From the NCBI GenBank assembly GCA_958352145.1, contig CATWNM010000001.1:4698-68697 (forward strand): a stretch of DNA of 64,000 bases. The letters are read 5' to 3'. The position numbers and the translations under genes are program-made. Shown one piece after another: positions 15,944-24,592 of the stretch. The notes under the pieces were generated by a model. That model was not told where the DNA came from. It did no database searches and saw only the letters and a program-made list of their open reading frames with translations. The DNA is from an uncultured Eubacteriales bacterium (lineage in GTDB: Bacteria; Bacillota; Clostridia; Oscillospirales; CAG-272). Position 1 is the first letter of the stretch. Each line of letters starts with the position of its first letter.

Positions 15944-17729
15944 GATCCAGTTCCTCCGTATCGTTTATTTCTTTTTTCTTGCTCATAGCCGCCTGCTGAT
16001 GAAAATATCCGAGCAGGTATGTATCCTTCAAGCTTTTGCCGAGTGCCGGATCGCCCGCGTCAAGCATATCCGCGATCTCTTCGATCATATTTTTATAATA
16101 CGCACGCAGCCCCGGCGCTAATTTAGCAAAATACGGAGTCAACTGCTCATACACGATCTGCCATGCATAGGCCGGACGCCTTGCAAACACCGGCAGCATC
16201 CGAACGGCGTTTGGCTCCCTTTTTTCCTCCTGGTCATACGTGCTCCTTTCCACTTTTTCCGCAATGGCAAGCAATCTGCCGTAAAGATAGCTGCGATCGG
16301 TCTGGTTTTTGTCCAGCGACACTGTCCATTCCTCCTTGTTTTGTCTATTTTCGTTTTTTTCGTTCCTGTATTTTCGGATCACCGCGCAGGCGGCCATCAT
16401 CAGCTTTCTGCGGTCTTCATCCGAATACGTCTGCAAAAACGAAGCCCGCTGCGCCAACGCGCAAACGATATCCTGCGGGATTGCCCGCCGGTCCGAAATG
16501 CATCCGATCAGACGTTGTATATGTTCTCCAAAAGCTTTATCGTCACGCACGATGCCAAATGCAAAATGAATAATATTGGTAAGCGGAGGCGACTGGACAC
16601 CGCCATATGGAACCGCAATGCAGCAAGTCGCGTACCATGCCTCCACTCTCTCAAGAAAATCGGAACCCTTTAATTCATTGAAATAAGTGACCGACAGCCG
16701 GCCGGTAGTGGCGGCGTCAAGCGCAGCGACCACAACGCGATCGTCCGGCCGGAGCCCCTGCCTGTAGCCGCGAAACGTTTGGGCAAGATCGTCCTTATAT
16801 CCGTCGTACGCATCCACAGACGGAGAAAAATTGAAAAGCACCCGCCCCGTTGGCAGAGGCGCGCCCTCCGGGCTCCAGCAAATGAACGTCCGGCCGCCCG
16901 CGGCAAATCCATAATTTGCCGCTGCCCACCGCAGTCCGTTGTGCGCCATTTGAGAGGCTGTATAGCCGAGTATATATGCCTGCCGCCCGGTTCGAAACCG
17001 TCCGCGGTAAGTAAACCCGCTTTCATCATTGGCCGAAACCAGCTTTGCACTAAAAGAAGAACGCAGAACGCCTTTCGGATGCATCGCGCATTCGGCGTCC
17101 TCCTTGCCGGAAACATAGCACAAAGTTTTTGGCAACTGCCGGTTTTGTTCGAGATAATAGCCGGTAAAACATTCAAAAAGCGTCGTATCCCGCCAGCACT
17201 CTGCCAAAACGCCGTCCGGCGGCGGAATCACGCGCCATCGGATCATGCATTTATCATACGGAGTCTGGCCGACACCACCCTTTGCCGGGACGTCCGCCTC
17301 CGCGCCGATCACGCCTGCCTGCGCAAGGTCTTGCACAATATTTCCCTTTTGAATATACGTGAGCACCGCCCTGACCTTTGGATGCGAATACGCGGACCCT
17401 GCCCAATCTGCCAGTTGCCGCACATAGAAATCATATTTTATGCCGCCAAACGGCGCAAGATAGCACAATTGATCGCACAACGGATGCGGCGCGCACTTTG
17501 AAGAAGAACGGCAGGCCGACTCCACAGTCACAGGTACGATGGTTTTCTCCTCACCTTCCGAAACCGCGGCGGCGTTTTCAAACCTGCCGCCGTCCGTAAT
17601 CGTAATTTCGATCTGCGCCTTCAAAACAGCATGCGCAATCGGTACAAGCGGTTCTTTTCCTACGGTCTCAATCCCAGCAAAAGCGCGGCGCGCCTCATAA
17701 GTGCGGTAGCCCGCCTGCAGAATACCCAA
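15936..17729 (-). CDS. cas8c: type I-C large subunit Cas8c (Csd1)
   Basis: 597 aa, positioned between cas5 and cas7 as in canonical I-C operons. Confidence 0.88.
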   Translation of the reverse strand: MGILQAGYRTYEARRAFAGIETVGKEPLVPIAHAVLKAQIEITITDGGRFENAAAVSEGEEKTIVPVTVESACRSSSKCAPHPLCDQLCYLAPFGGIKYDFYVRQLADWAGSAYSHPKVRAVLTYIQKGNIVQDLAQAGVIGAEADVPAKGGVGQTPYDKCMIRWRVIPPPDGVLAECWRDTTLFECFTGYYLEQNRQLPKTLCYVSGKEDAECAMHPKGVLRSSFSAKLVSANDESGFTYRGRFRTGRQAYILGYTASQMAHNGLRWAAANYGFAAGGRTFICWSPEGAPLPTGRVLFNFSPSVDAYDGYKDDLAQTFRGYRQGLRPDDRVVVAALDAATTGRLSVTYFNELKGSDFLERVEAWYATCCIAVPYGGVQSPPLTNIIHFAFGIVRDDKAFGEHIQRLIGCISDRRAIPQDIVCALAQRASFLQTYSDEDRRKLMMAACAVIRKYRNEKNENRQNKEEWTVSLDKNQTDRSYLYGRLLAIAEKVERSTYDQEEKREPNAVRMLPVFARRPAYAWQIVYEQLTPYFAKLAPGLRAYYKNMIEEIADMLDAGDPALGKSLKDTYLLGYFHQQAAMSKKKEINDTEELDHE

Positions 17730-18458
17730 TCACAGCACCTCCTGTTCAAAGTCATACACCGTCTGAAAATTGCCGTCTTGCGCTCCAAACGGTTTGATTT
17801 TCATCTCCCGCACGGTTCTAGTAATGCTACAATCCTCCGGACGCACGAATTCAAGGACACCGTTTTGCATGACGGGATACCAAAAACGCACGGTCATCTT
17901 ATCCTCCGTCTGATCGGAATACGCCTCGTCCGCATAGGTCAATCCATGATAGGTCAACCCAAAAGCAAGTTCAGGCGTATCGTCATAATACCCTTTGCCG
18001 CTGCCGAACGCGCAGGGAACAATATAACCCTGGCATTCCCTTGTCCCGAGAAAGATATCCCGCCGACCGCCGCGCTCGATCATCCGCTTGGCGATATTGT
18101 GATGTTTGTTCTCGTTTCGGTCCGCCGCAAGTTCAGGCCGGTTCATATTCCATTCAAAATGCGCCCTAACCTGATAACGGCAGTTCTTTAAATATGTAAA
18201 ATAAGAAAGATCGTTGCCTTTCTCATATTTCATACGCCGAATCCCTTTCACTGCAGTCTGGATTGGATTCATCACCCGAACGCTGTCGATCACCCACACG
18301 ATCGTCGGCTTCCAGTAGGCGGATTCCAGCGCCCCTTTCAGCGCTTCGTACGTAGGAATCTGCAAGGTACACTTTTCGCCGCCGACCCGCATGACCGGAT
18401 CGGAAAACAACGCATAATCGCCAAATAGTTCAAATTCAACCGTGTTTCTGTAAACCAT
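17730..18458 (-). CDS. cas5: type I-C Cas5 (Cas5d, pre-crRNA endonuclease)
   Basis: MVYRNTVEFELFGDYALFSDP is a Cas5d-type N-terminus. GGGAGGAAG RBS precedes ATG 18458; the longer ORF to 18572 lacks an RBS. Confidence 0.9.
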   Translation of the reverse strand: MVYRNTVEFELFGDYALFSDPVMRVGGEKCTLQIPTYEALKGALESAYWKPTIVWVIDSVRVMNPIQTAVKGIRRMKYEKGNDLSYFTYLKNCRYQVRAHFEWNMNRPELAADRNENKHHNIAKRMIERGGRRDIFLGTRECQGYIVPCAFGSGKGYYDDTPELAFGLTYHGLTYADEAYSDQTEDKMTVRFWYPVMQNGVLEFVRPEDCSITRTVREMKIKPFGAQDGNFQTVYDFEQEVL

Positions 18459-18498
18459 ATTTCTCTTCCTCCCTTTCTTCAACGCTATATTTTCTCGC

Positions 18499-20880
18499 CT
18501 ACAATTCGATAAAACGACTGGCCGGCGCTTCCATTGAAAAACCGCAGTCTCCGTCATAATACGCGGCGTCAAGGATAAAAACCGAACCGCATTCCAGTGC
18601 GCGCACCGCGCCGCACGCCGTCAGGTGTTTTTGCTGATATTCAAAGAGCGAGACGGTATATTCCGCTGCCTTTTGATACAGATGGGAACGATATGTCAAA
18701 CTGTGCGCCGCGCGCGCCGAATATAAATCTGCAATCAATTCAGCGCCCGCTTCATACGGCACGATCACGTCGACGGCAGAATCGTCAAATACGCGAAATG
18801 TTTTTCCCGCCGTCTCAAAAGCCTGATGCATCGTATAGTTTTTTTGACTTTCACAACGATAAGCGCCCGTCGAATTTGTTGAGAGCCATTCGTAAATCGT
18901 TGCTCCATACGCGCCAGCCGGATAATCCTGACTTCCGGCTTTTGCTCCTTTATACAGTTCGGAATAATACGCCGTCACAGACGCCCCGCTTGTCAAATCC
19001 TCGCCGTATATCTCAGGATGGCGGCTATAGCGCAGCAGAAATGATTCAGCCGCCTGCTGCGCTTGCCTGATCTCCGGCAGCGCGTCCAGCCGTTCCTCGC
19101 GCAGATTGACGATGTATACCGGGCAAAGCCGGCCAAATTCACCGCTGCGGTTACATCTCCCCGCTGCCTGTATCACATTGTCAAGGCCTGCTGCGATCCG
19201 TATCACGCAGCCAAATGAAAAATCGACGCCCGCTTCAACCATCTGTGTGGAAATACAAACGACTTTTTCTTTACTTTCCAGCGACGCGGCAATGTCTGAA
19301 AGCACCCGCCTCCGGTGCGCCATACACATGGCCGTCGATAAATGAAACGCTTTCACAGCGCAGCTTTCCCGAACGGAGATATACAGACTTTTGGCCTCCG
19401 CCTTTGTATTGCACACGACCAGCAGACTGTCGTTTTCCTCTATGCATGTCAATATAAACTGACCGAGTTCACCGGCAGAATACCCCGCTGGCTTTCGCCG
19501 GTCAATAATGTTTGTCCGCTTGAACAATGCGAGATCCTCAGGGCTGCACACATACAACTCCGGGTCGGCCGCATACCGGATCTTATGAAACGTGCGGTCG
19601 AGACAGGGCTGCGTTGCCGAGCAATGCACAATCGTGCATCCGCAAAAAACCGCCAGATAATTCATAGCAAGATTGAAGAGCGTGAGCATGTTCCGTGGCA
19701 CCGACTGCACCTCGTCAATGACGATCACACTGTTGCGCAGCGCTGCCATGCGGCGAACGGCGGAGGTCTGACCAGCAAACAGCGTATTCAAAAACTGCAC
19801 AAGCGTGGTAATGATAATCGGAGCATTCCAGTTTTGTATCCCCGTTTCGCTGATATCCGGCGGCGTCAGATCCAAAATGTTTTGATCCCGTACGACGTTG
19901 GAATGATGCTCAAGTACGGCGCAACCATCTCCTATAAACGACCGCCAAACTTTGGCGTTCTGTTCCAGAATACTCAAAAGCGGAATAACCAAAATGACAT
20001 TTCCTCCCTTTTGAGCCGCCGAAGCAAGCGCAAAACGCAGAGTCGCCAGCGTTTTGCCGCCGCCGGTCGGAACCGTCAGCCGGTAAATCCCGCACGCGCC
20101 CTCCGCGCGGCTGCGGCAGGCATTGGATATTTTCCGGCGAACTGCATCCAGCCCGCTTTTTTCGGGCATCTGGCGCAATCTGGATTCCACGCCCGCCAAA
20201 AGACCGGCAAAAGAGACCGTTCGATTCTTCGTCAAATTTCCCGATATAAATTCAGCGGTATCCCGCCTGTCCCCTTCGATCACAGCAGCGAGAACCTGTC
20301 TTGCCAGCATCGAAACGCAGAACATCGCTTCCCCCAAGTCCGCCGCCGACGCGTTGCAGCGGGTGATAAATTCAGCCGTTTCCTGTTCGGCCAAAGAAAA
20401 CAGTCGATCCAACTCCTGCGTGCCGGCGCAACATTTTAGATAATTGCTTTCTGCCTCCGCATAGTCTATTCCCTCTTTCTGAAGACGATACAGATAGCCG
20501 TTTTGCCCCTCGGGAGAAATGCAGTCAAATTGTCCGTGATGCGCGCCAACCGCAAACGCGATGATCTCCGCAGTCAGCGTCTGCAAAGACGGAGGTGCAT
20601 TTTTGTGCCAGCGCGCCATTACGAACCGCACACCCGCAAACGTATGGTTGACGCTCCCGCGCCGGACCGGTTCGCCGCGCGACGCGCACGCAAGATATGT
20701 CCGAAACCTTTCCGTATATTTTCCAAAATCATGGAGCAGTCCCGCCAAATACGCTAGTTGCTTTATGTGGCTCGGCGCTGCTGATTTTGCATGCGCCGCG
20801 CAGTTTCTGCAATGTGTTTCCACAGTCTGTACGCATTCGGCGCCGTCGTTTCCAAATTTTATATGCGCAGGAAAATACAT
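18499..20880 (-). CDS. cas3: CRISPR-associated helicase/nuclease Cas3 (HD + DEAD/DEAH helicase)
   Basis: HD motif (LAGLLHDFGKY), Walker A-like TGGGKT and DEVQ helicase motifs. 793 aa, first gene of the operon. Confidence 0.93.
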   Translation of the reverse strand: MYFPAHIKFGNDGAECVQTVETHCRNCAAHAKSAAPSHIKQLAYLAGLLHDFGKYTERFRTYLACASRGEPVRRGSVNHTFAGVRFVMARWHKNAPPSLQTLTAEIIAFAVGAHHGQFDCISPEGQNGYLYRLQKEGIDYAEAESNYLKCCAGTQELDRLFSLAEQETAEFITRCNASAADLGEAMFCVSMLARQVLAAVIEGDRRDTAEFISGNLTKNRTVSFAGLLAGVESRLRQMPEKSGLDAVRRKISNACRSRAEGACGIYRLTVPTGGGKTLATLRFALASAAQKGGNVILVIPLLSILEQNAKVWRSFIGDGCAVLEHHSNVVRDQNILDLTPPDISETGIQNWNAPIIITTLVQFLNTLFAGQTSAVRRMAALRNSVIVIDEVQSVPRNMLTLFNLAMNYLAVFCGCTIVHCSATQPCLDRTFHKIRYAADPELYVCSPEDLALFKRTNIIDRRKPAGYSAGELGQFILTCIEENDSLLVVCNTKAEAKSLYISVRESCAVKAFHLSTAMCMAHRRRVLSDIAASLESKEKVVCISTQMVEAGVDFSFGCVIRIAAGLDNVIQAAGRCNRSGEFGRLCPVYIVNLREERLDALPEIRQAQQAAESFLLRYSRHPEIYGEDLTSGASVTAYYSELYKGAKAGSQDYPAGAYGATIYEWLSTNSTGAYRCESQKNYTMHQAFETAGKTFRVFDDSAVDVIVPYEAGAELIADLYSARAAHSLTYRSHLYQKAAEYTVSLFEYQQKHLTACGAVRALECGSVFILDAAYYDGDCGFSMEAPASRFIEL

Positions 20881-20911
20881 AATCGTCTCTCCTGAGATTC
20901 ATTTTTTACTA

Positions 20912-20940
20912 ATATTACCATATTTTTCAAAAAAATTCAA
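20912..20940 (-). promoter_or_regulatory. candidate promoter of cas operon
   Basis: The minus strand reads TTGAAT-17 nt-(TGg)TAATAT in the AT-rich 170-nt region upstream of cas3. Confidence 0.4.
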
Positions 20941-21008
20941 TATTTTTGTGGAAATTTCGTTCGTTATTTTAAGAAAATGAACGCACCCATTTGACAATAA
21001 AATAAAAA

Positions 21009-21044
21009 ATCTGCGCGATCCCAACGTAAAGGAATCGCGCAGAT
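21009..21044 (-). terminator. intrinsic terminator after tRNA-His
   Basis: The minus strand forms an ATCTGCGCGAT / ATCGCGCAGAT 11-bp stem followed by TTTTTTATTTT. It insulates the tRNAs from cas3. Confidence 0.75.
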
Positions 21045-21054
21045 CTCTATAAAA

Positions 21055-21132
21055 TGGGGTGACTGATGGGATTCGAACCCACGACCTCCAGGGCCACAAC
21101 CTGGCGCTCTAACCAACTGAGCTACAACCACC
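21055..21132 (-). tRNA. tRNA-His (anticodon GTG), CCA encoded
   Basis: The reverse complement GGTGGTTGTAGCTCAGTTGGTTAGAGCGCCAGGTTGTGGCCCTGGAGGTCGTGGGTTCGAATCCCATCAGTCACCCCA folds as a cloverleaf. It has the extra G-1 and anticodon loop TTGTGGC. Confidence 0.93.
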
Positions 21133-21157
21133 GTTTTCCCCCGCTATTGCAGGGTAA

Positions 21158-21234
<77 letters not shown>

Positions 21235-21257
21235 ATACACCCGCCGCAACGCTTGAT

Positions 21258-21286
21258 ATTATATCATTCGTCCGGCGGCTTGTCAA
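21258..21286 (-). promoter_or_regulatory. consensus promoter for the tRNA pair
   Basis: The minus strand reads TTGACA-17 nt-TATAAT, ending about 24 nt upstream of the tRNA-Arg 5' end. Confidence 0.6.
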
Positions 21287-21369
21287 TATTTTTTTAAAAA
21301 TATGAACAGAAATTCCGGCACATCTTTCCAAGACGGACAAGATACCGGATACCATCATCGCTCCGCTTG

Positions 21370-21864
21370 CTATTTTTCAAAGATAATAGGCAGGCACAGC
21401 GCATGCGAAGCGCGGATAAAATCATCCGGAGACAACAAAATCTGCGAGCCGATGCGTCCGCCGGAAACCATAATCATATCAAACAGCACGCAGGTTTCAT
21501 CGATCACCGTGGGGTAATCCTTTTTCATGCCGATGGCCGTGCAGCCGCCGCGGATATAACCGGTAACTTTTTGCAGATCCCGTACCGGAATCAGTTCTAC
21601 GGATTTTTCACCCACCGCTTTGGCCGCGGCTTTCATATCCAGTTCTTCGGCTACCGGAATCACAAAGACGAAATACCCGCCGCCTTTTCCGGCCGCAACC
21701 AGCGTCTTGAAGGTGCTCTCGCGCGGCGCGCCAAGCCGGTCCGCAAGGCTGACGCCATCTGTAAACTCGCCGCCCTCATACGTCCGCACCTCATATGGAA
21801 TCTCCAGCGTATCCAAAATACGCATGGCATTGGTTTTTATGTCCTTTTCCCTGTCTTTCGCCAT
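21370..21864 (-). CDS. ybaK: Cys-tRNA(Pro)/Cys-tRNA(Cys) deacylase YbaK
   Basis: 164 aa with TNAMRILD..., FKTLV and GGCTAIGMKK motifs characteristic of YbaK/EbsC. Confidence 0.85.
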   Translation of the reverse strand: MAKDREKDIKTNAMRILDTLEIPYEVRTYEGGEFTDGVSLADRLGAPRESTFKTLVAAGKGGGYFVFVIPVAEELDMKAAAKAVGEKSVELIPVRDLQKVTGYIRGGCTAIGMKKDYPTVIDETCVLFDMIMVSGGRIGSQILLSPDDFIRASHALCLPIIFEK

Positions 21865-21875
21865 ACAGCGTCCCT

Positions 21876-22874
21876 CTATTTCCGAAACCCGGCTTGCTCC
21901 ATCGCGGCAATCAGATGATGCGTATACAGCCCAAACCCCATGGTATTCGGATGCAGGCCGTCGGAATAAAAATCCGCGATATTCGGCACAAGCGTCCGGC
22001 CGTCCACCACCGTCACATTCGAATGCGCGCTGTAAAGCTCGCCCAAAATATCGTATATCGTATCGAACGCCATCCGTTCAGGCCGCACTTTTTGGTCCGC
22101 CCGCCACACCGGCATAATCCCGAAAATCCGGGCATCGGAATATCTGCTGCAAAGCTTATTTATATATGCTTCTGCCGCATCGCGGTATTTTTGCTCGTCT
22201 TTTCCGTACCGTCCCCAGTCATTGGTGCCGTAAGCGACCGTAACCGCGTCCGGCTCAAACGGCAGCGCTTCGTCAATCACGTCCTCTTCAAAATAATGCC
22301 CCGCAATCGACTGGTTCAAACCGTCAGCCTCAAAATATCTCACCACTGACGACGCATAGGACAGCGAGGTGTACCGGGTATCAAACCCCTGCGTAATCGA
22401 ATCACCCAAAAGCAGAATCTTTTTACCCGAAACCGGGACAGGTTCAATGGACGCGCCGTCATCCAGCGTAAAGTTGTAAATTTCCACACCGCAGGTACAG
22501 GGCAGATATACCTGAATCCGGCGGTGTTTTTTTTCCGCAAAGCGATAGACAAAGTGCGTGGATCCCTCTCCGTTCATCATGGTCTTATGCGCAAAAACCA
22601 TGATCCCGTCGGCGTACAGATCAAAGCTCAAAAAAGGACGCGAGCACTGATGCATCGGGAAAAAGTCAAACGCAATCAGACTGCCGTCATAATAAAAATC
22701 AAAATATTCTCCCACATTGCAGCGCGCACGGGCACCGAAAAATGCCCTATTGCGGTCATAGAGCGCCATTTGATGTTCCGTAAAGCGCGAAAACGCAATA
22801 CGGTTCCCCTCTTTTTTACTATAGCCGAGACTGCCGCGAAGCAGCGCTCCTACCTCATCCAACCGTAGAATCAT
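21876..22874 (-). CDS. SGNH/GDSL hydrolase family protein
   Basis: Block I LLLGDSITQG, block III GTNDW and block V DGLHPN are present. The N-terminal ~150 aa form an extra beta-rich domain. Confidence 0.8.
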   Translation of the reverse strand: MILRLDEVGALLRGSLGYSKKEGNRIAFSRFTEHQMALYDRNRAFFGARARCNVGEYFDFYYDGSLIAFDFFPMHQCSRPFLSFDLYADGIMVFAHKTMMNGEGSTHFVYRFAEKKHRRIQVYLPCTCGVEIYNFTLDDGASIEPVPVSGKKILLLGDSITQGFDTRYTSLSYASSVVRYFEADGLNQSIAGHYFEEDVIDEALPFEPDAVTVAYGTNDWGRYGKDEQKYRDAAEAYINKLCSRYSDARIFGIMPVWRADQKVRPERMAFDTIYDILGELYSAHSNVTVVDGRTLVPNIADFYSDGLHPNTMGFGLYTHHLIAAMEQAGFRK

Positions 22875-23778
22875 CTGTTTTTTCTCCTTTCAGCAGTACG
22901 CCGGTATAATCGAATTTCGGAATAAAGCTCTCCGCCACGCATTCGCTGTCCTGGATAAACGCGTTTTCAATACCAAGCGATAGCGCAAAATCCACAACCG
23001 CATCATATTCCGCATCGGTCAGCGCCCGCAAAAGCTCCGGCGCCGCACAGGCGGCAGGCGGCGTGTACTGGCGCATGACCGACAGAATCGCCCGATGGCC
23101 GCAAAGCTCGAACACGCGGGCCAGCACAGCTTTTGAATCCTCCGTACAGCCGGGCAAAACCAAATGACGGACGATAACCCCGCGGCGCAAAAGACCGCCC
23201 TGATATTTGCACTCCGGCCGCTGGAGCAGCATTTCACAAAGCGCCGCTTCAGCAACCGGCGGATAATCGGGCGCGCCCGAATACCGCATAGCGCGCTTGG
23301 CGGACATATATTTAAAATCAGTCAAATACACATCAATCAGTCCGCGGAGCATGCGCAGCGTCTCTACGCGCTCGTAGCCGCCGGTATTCCAGACAAACGG
23401 CAAATCAAAGCCCTGTCCGCGCGCAATGCGGATCGCACCGGCGACCTGCGCGGCATACTGCGTGGGCGAAACCAGATTGATATTATGCGCGCCCATGTCC
23501 CGCAATTCAAAAAAAATCTGCACCAAGCGCGTTTCTGAAATGTCCAGTCCGCTACCGCCGGCGGATATTTCCCGATTCTGGCAATACACGCATTTCAGCG
23601 GACAATGAGAAAAAAACACCGTGCCGCTTCCATGCGTGCCCGATACCGGTGGCTCCTCCCACATATGAAGCGCCGCACGCGCTACGCGCAGCGCTTTGCC
23701 CGCGCCGCAAAATCCGATTTGTCCGTGTCCGCGGTCGGCGCCGCACTGCCGGGGGCAAAGCATACAATGGTGAGACAT
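22855..23778 (-). CDS. radical SAM protein (PflX-like activase family)
   Basis: CPLKCVYCQN is the CxxxCxxC radical SAM cluster, and an N-terminal CPRQC...FCG Cys motif is present. It overlaps the downstream SGNH gene by 20 nt. Confidence 0.8.
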   Translation of the reverse strand: MSHHCMLCPRQCGADRGHGQIGFCGAGKALRVARAALHMWEEPPVSGTHGSGTVFFSHCPLKCVYCQNREISAGGSGLDISETRLVQIFFELRDMGAHNINLVSPTQYAAQVAGAIRIARGQGFDLPFVWNTGGYERVETLRMLRGLIDVYLTDFKYMSAKRAMRYSGAPDYPPVAEAALCEMLLQRPECKYQGGLLRRGVIVRHLVLPGCTEDSKAVLARVFELCGHRAILSVMRQYTPPAACAAPELLRALTDAEYDAVVDFALSLGIENAFIQDSECVAESFIPKFDYTGVLLKGEKTDDSTVG

Positions 23779-24009
23779 AGAAATTCAACAAGTACGCTGG
23801 ATGAAGACCATACATTCCATGTTTCGCGCAAAACCTTTCCATATATATAATTATAATCAAGATAGTTATCATCCCGCGAATCCAATACAGCAAATGATTA
23901 CGGCCGACGCTGAAAGCTTTCAAAATTGAACAAAAGATAGGGCGCAGGCGCTCCTAGCTGTTTATAATAGCACATTTTCATAAATAAATCAATAATTTTT
24001 AAAAATGTA

Positions 24010-24073
24010 TTGACAACAACCCAAAAAATGTTATAATGATTAACGTGTTAATAATTAACACGTTAATCATTAT
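24010..24073 (+). promoter_or_regulatory. promoter TTGACA-16-TATAAT overlapped by a perfect 41-nt palindrome (putative MarR operator)
   Basis: The -35 is at 24010-24015 and the -10 at 24032-24037. The palindrome ATAATGATTAACGTGTTAAT-A-ATTAACACGTTAATCATTAT spans 24033-24073. Confidence 0.7.
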
Positions 24074-24100
24074 GATGAAAGAGTGAAGGAGGTGTGAAAA

Positions 24101-24592
24101 GTGCCGTACGATCAAAGCGGCAAACCAACTGCGCGCTGCACAATACATAAATTGCTCTCTACCGTCAAGCTGCACCGTTTCGCTTTTGACGGCATGCGCG
24201 AAACAACCGGACTCGGCCGAACCGCGCACAGAATGCTCATGCAGATTGCGGATAAGCATGCGCCCTGCTCTCAGACCGAGCTTGCAGAAGCGCTTGAGAT
24301 CAGCGCCGCCGCCGTGGCCGTCATGCTGAAGAAACTGGAAACGGACGGGTATGTATGCCGCAAGGTCAATCCCGCGGATACGCGCTTCAACCGTATCGCA
24401 CTTACTGAAAAAGGGGCGAACATTGTGAACAAATCCCACGAGGCGTTCGATGCGATCGACAATGCGATACTGAACGGGTTTTCCGAAGCGGAACTGCTGA
24501 CGCTAAACGCCTATATTGACCGGATGCATGAAAACATCCGCGAAGCCTGTAAAAAAGCCAAAAACAAGCATGGAAAGGATGAACGCACTTGA
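24101..24592 (+). CDS. MarR family transcriptional regulator
   Basis: Winged-HTH sequence QTELAEALEISAAAVAVMLKKLETDGYVCRKVNPADTRFNRIALTEKG. GTG start has AGGAGG 8 nt upstream. Confidence 0.88.
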   Translation: MPYDQSGKPTARCTIHKLLSTVKLHRFAFDGMRETTGLGRTAHRMLMQIADKHAPCSQTELAEALEISAAAVAVMLKKLETDGYVCRKVNPADTRFNRIALTEKGANIVNKSHEAFDAIDNAILNGFSEAELLTLNAYIDRMHENIREACKKAKNKHGKDERT

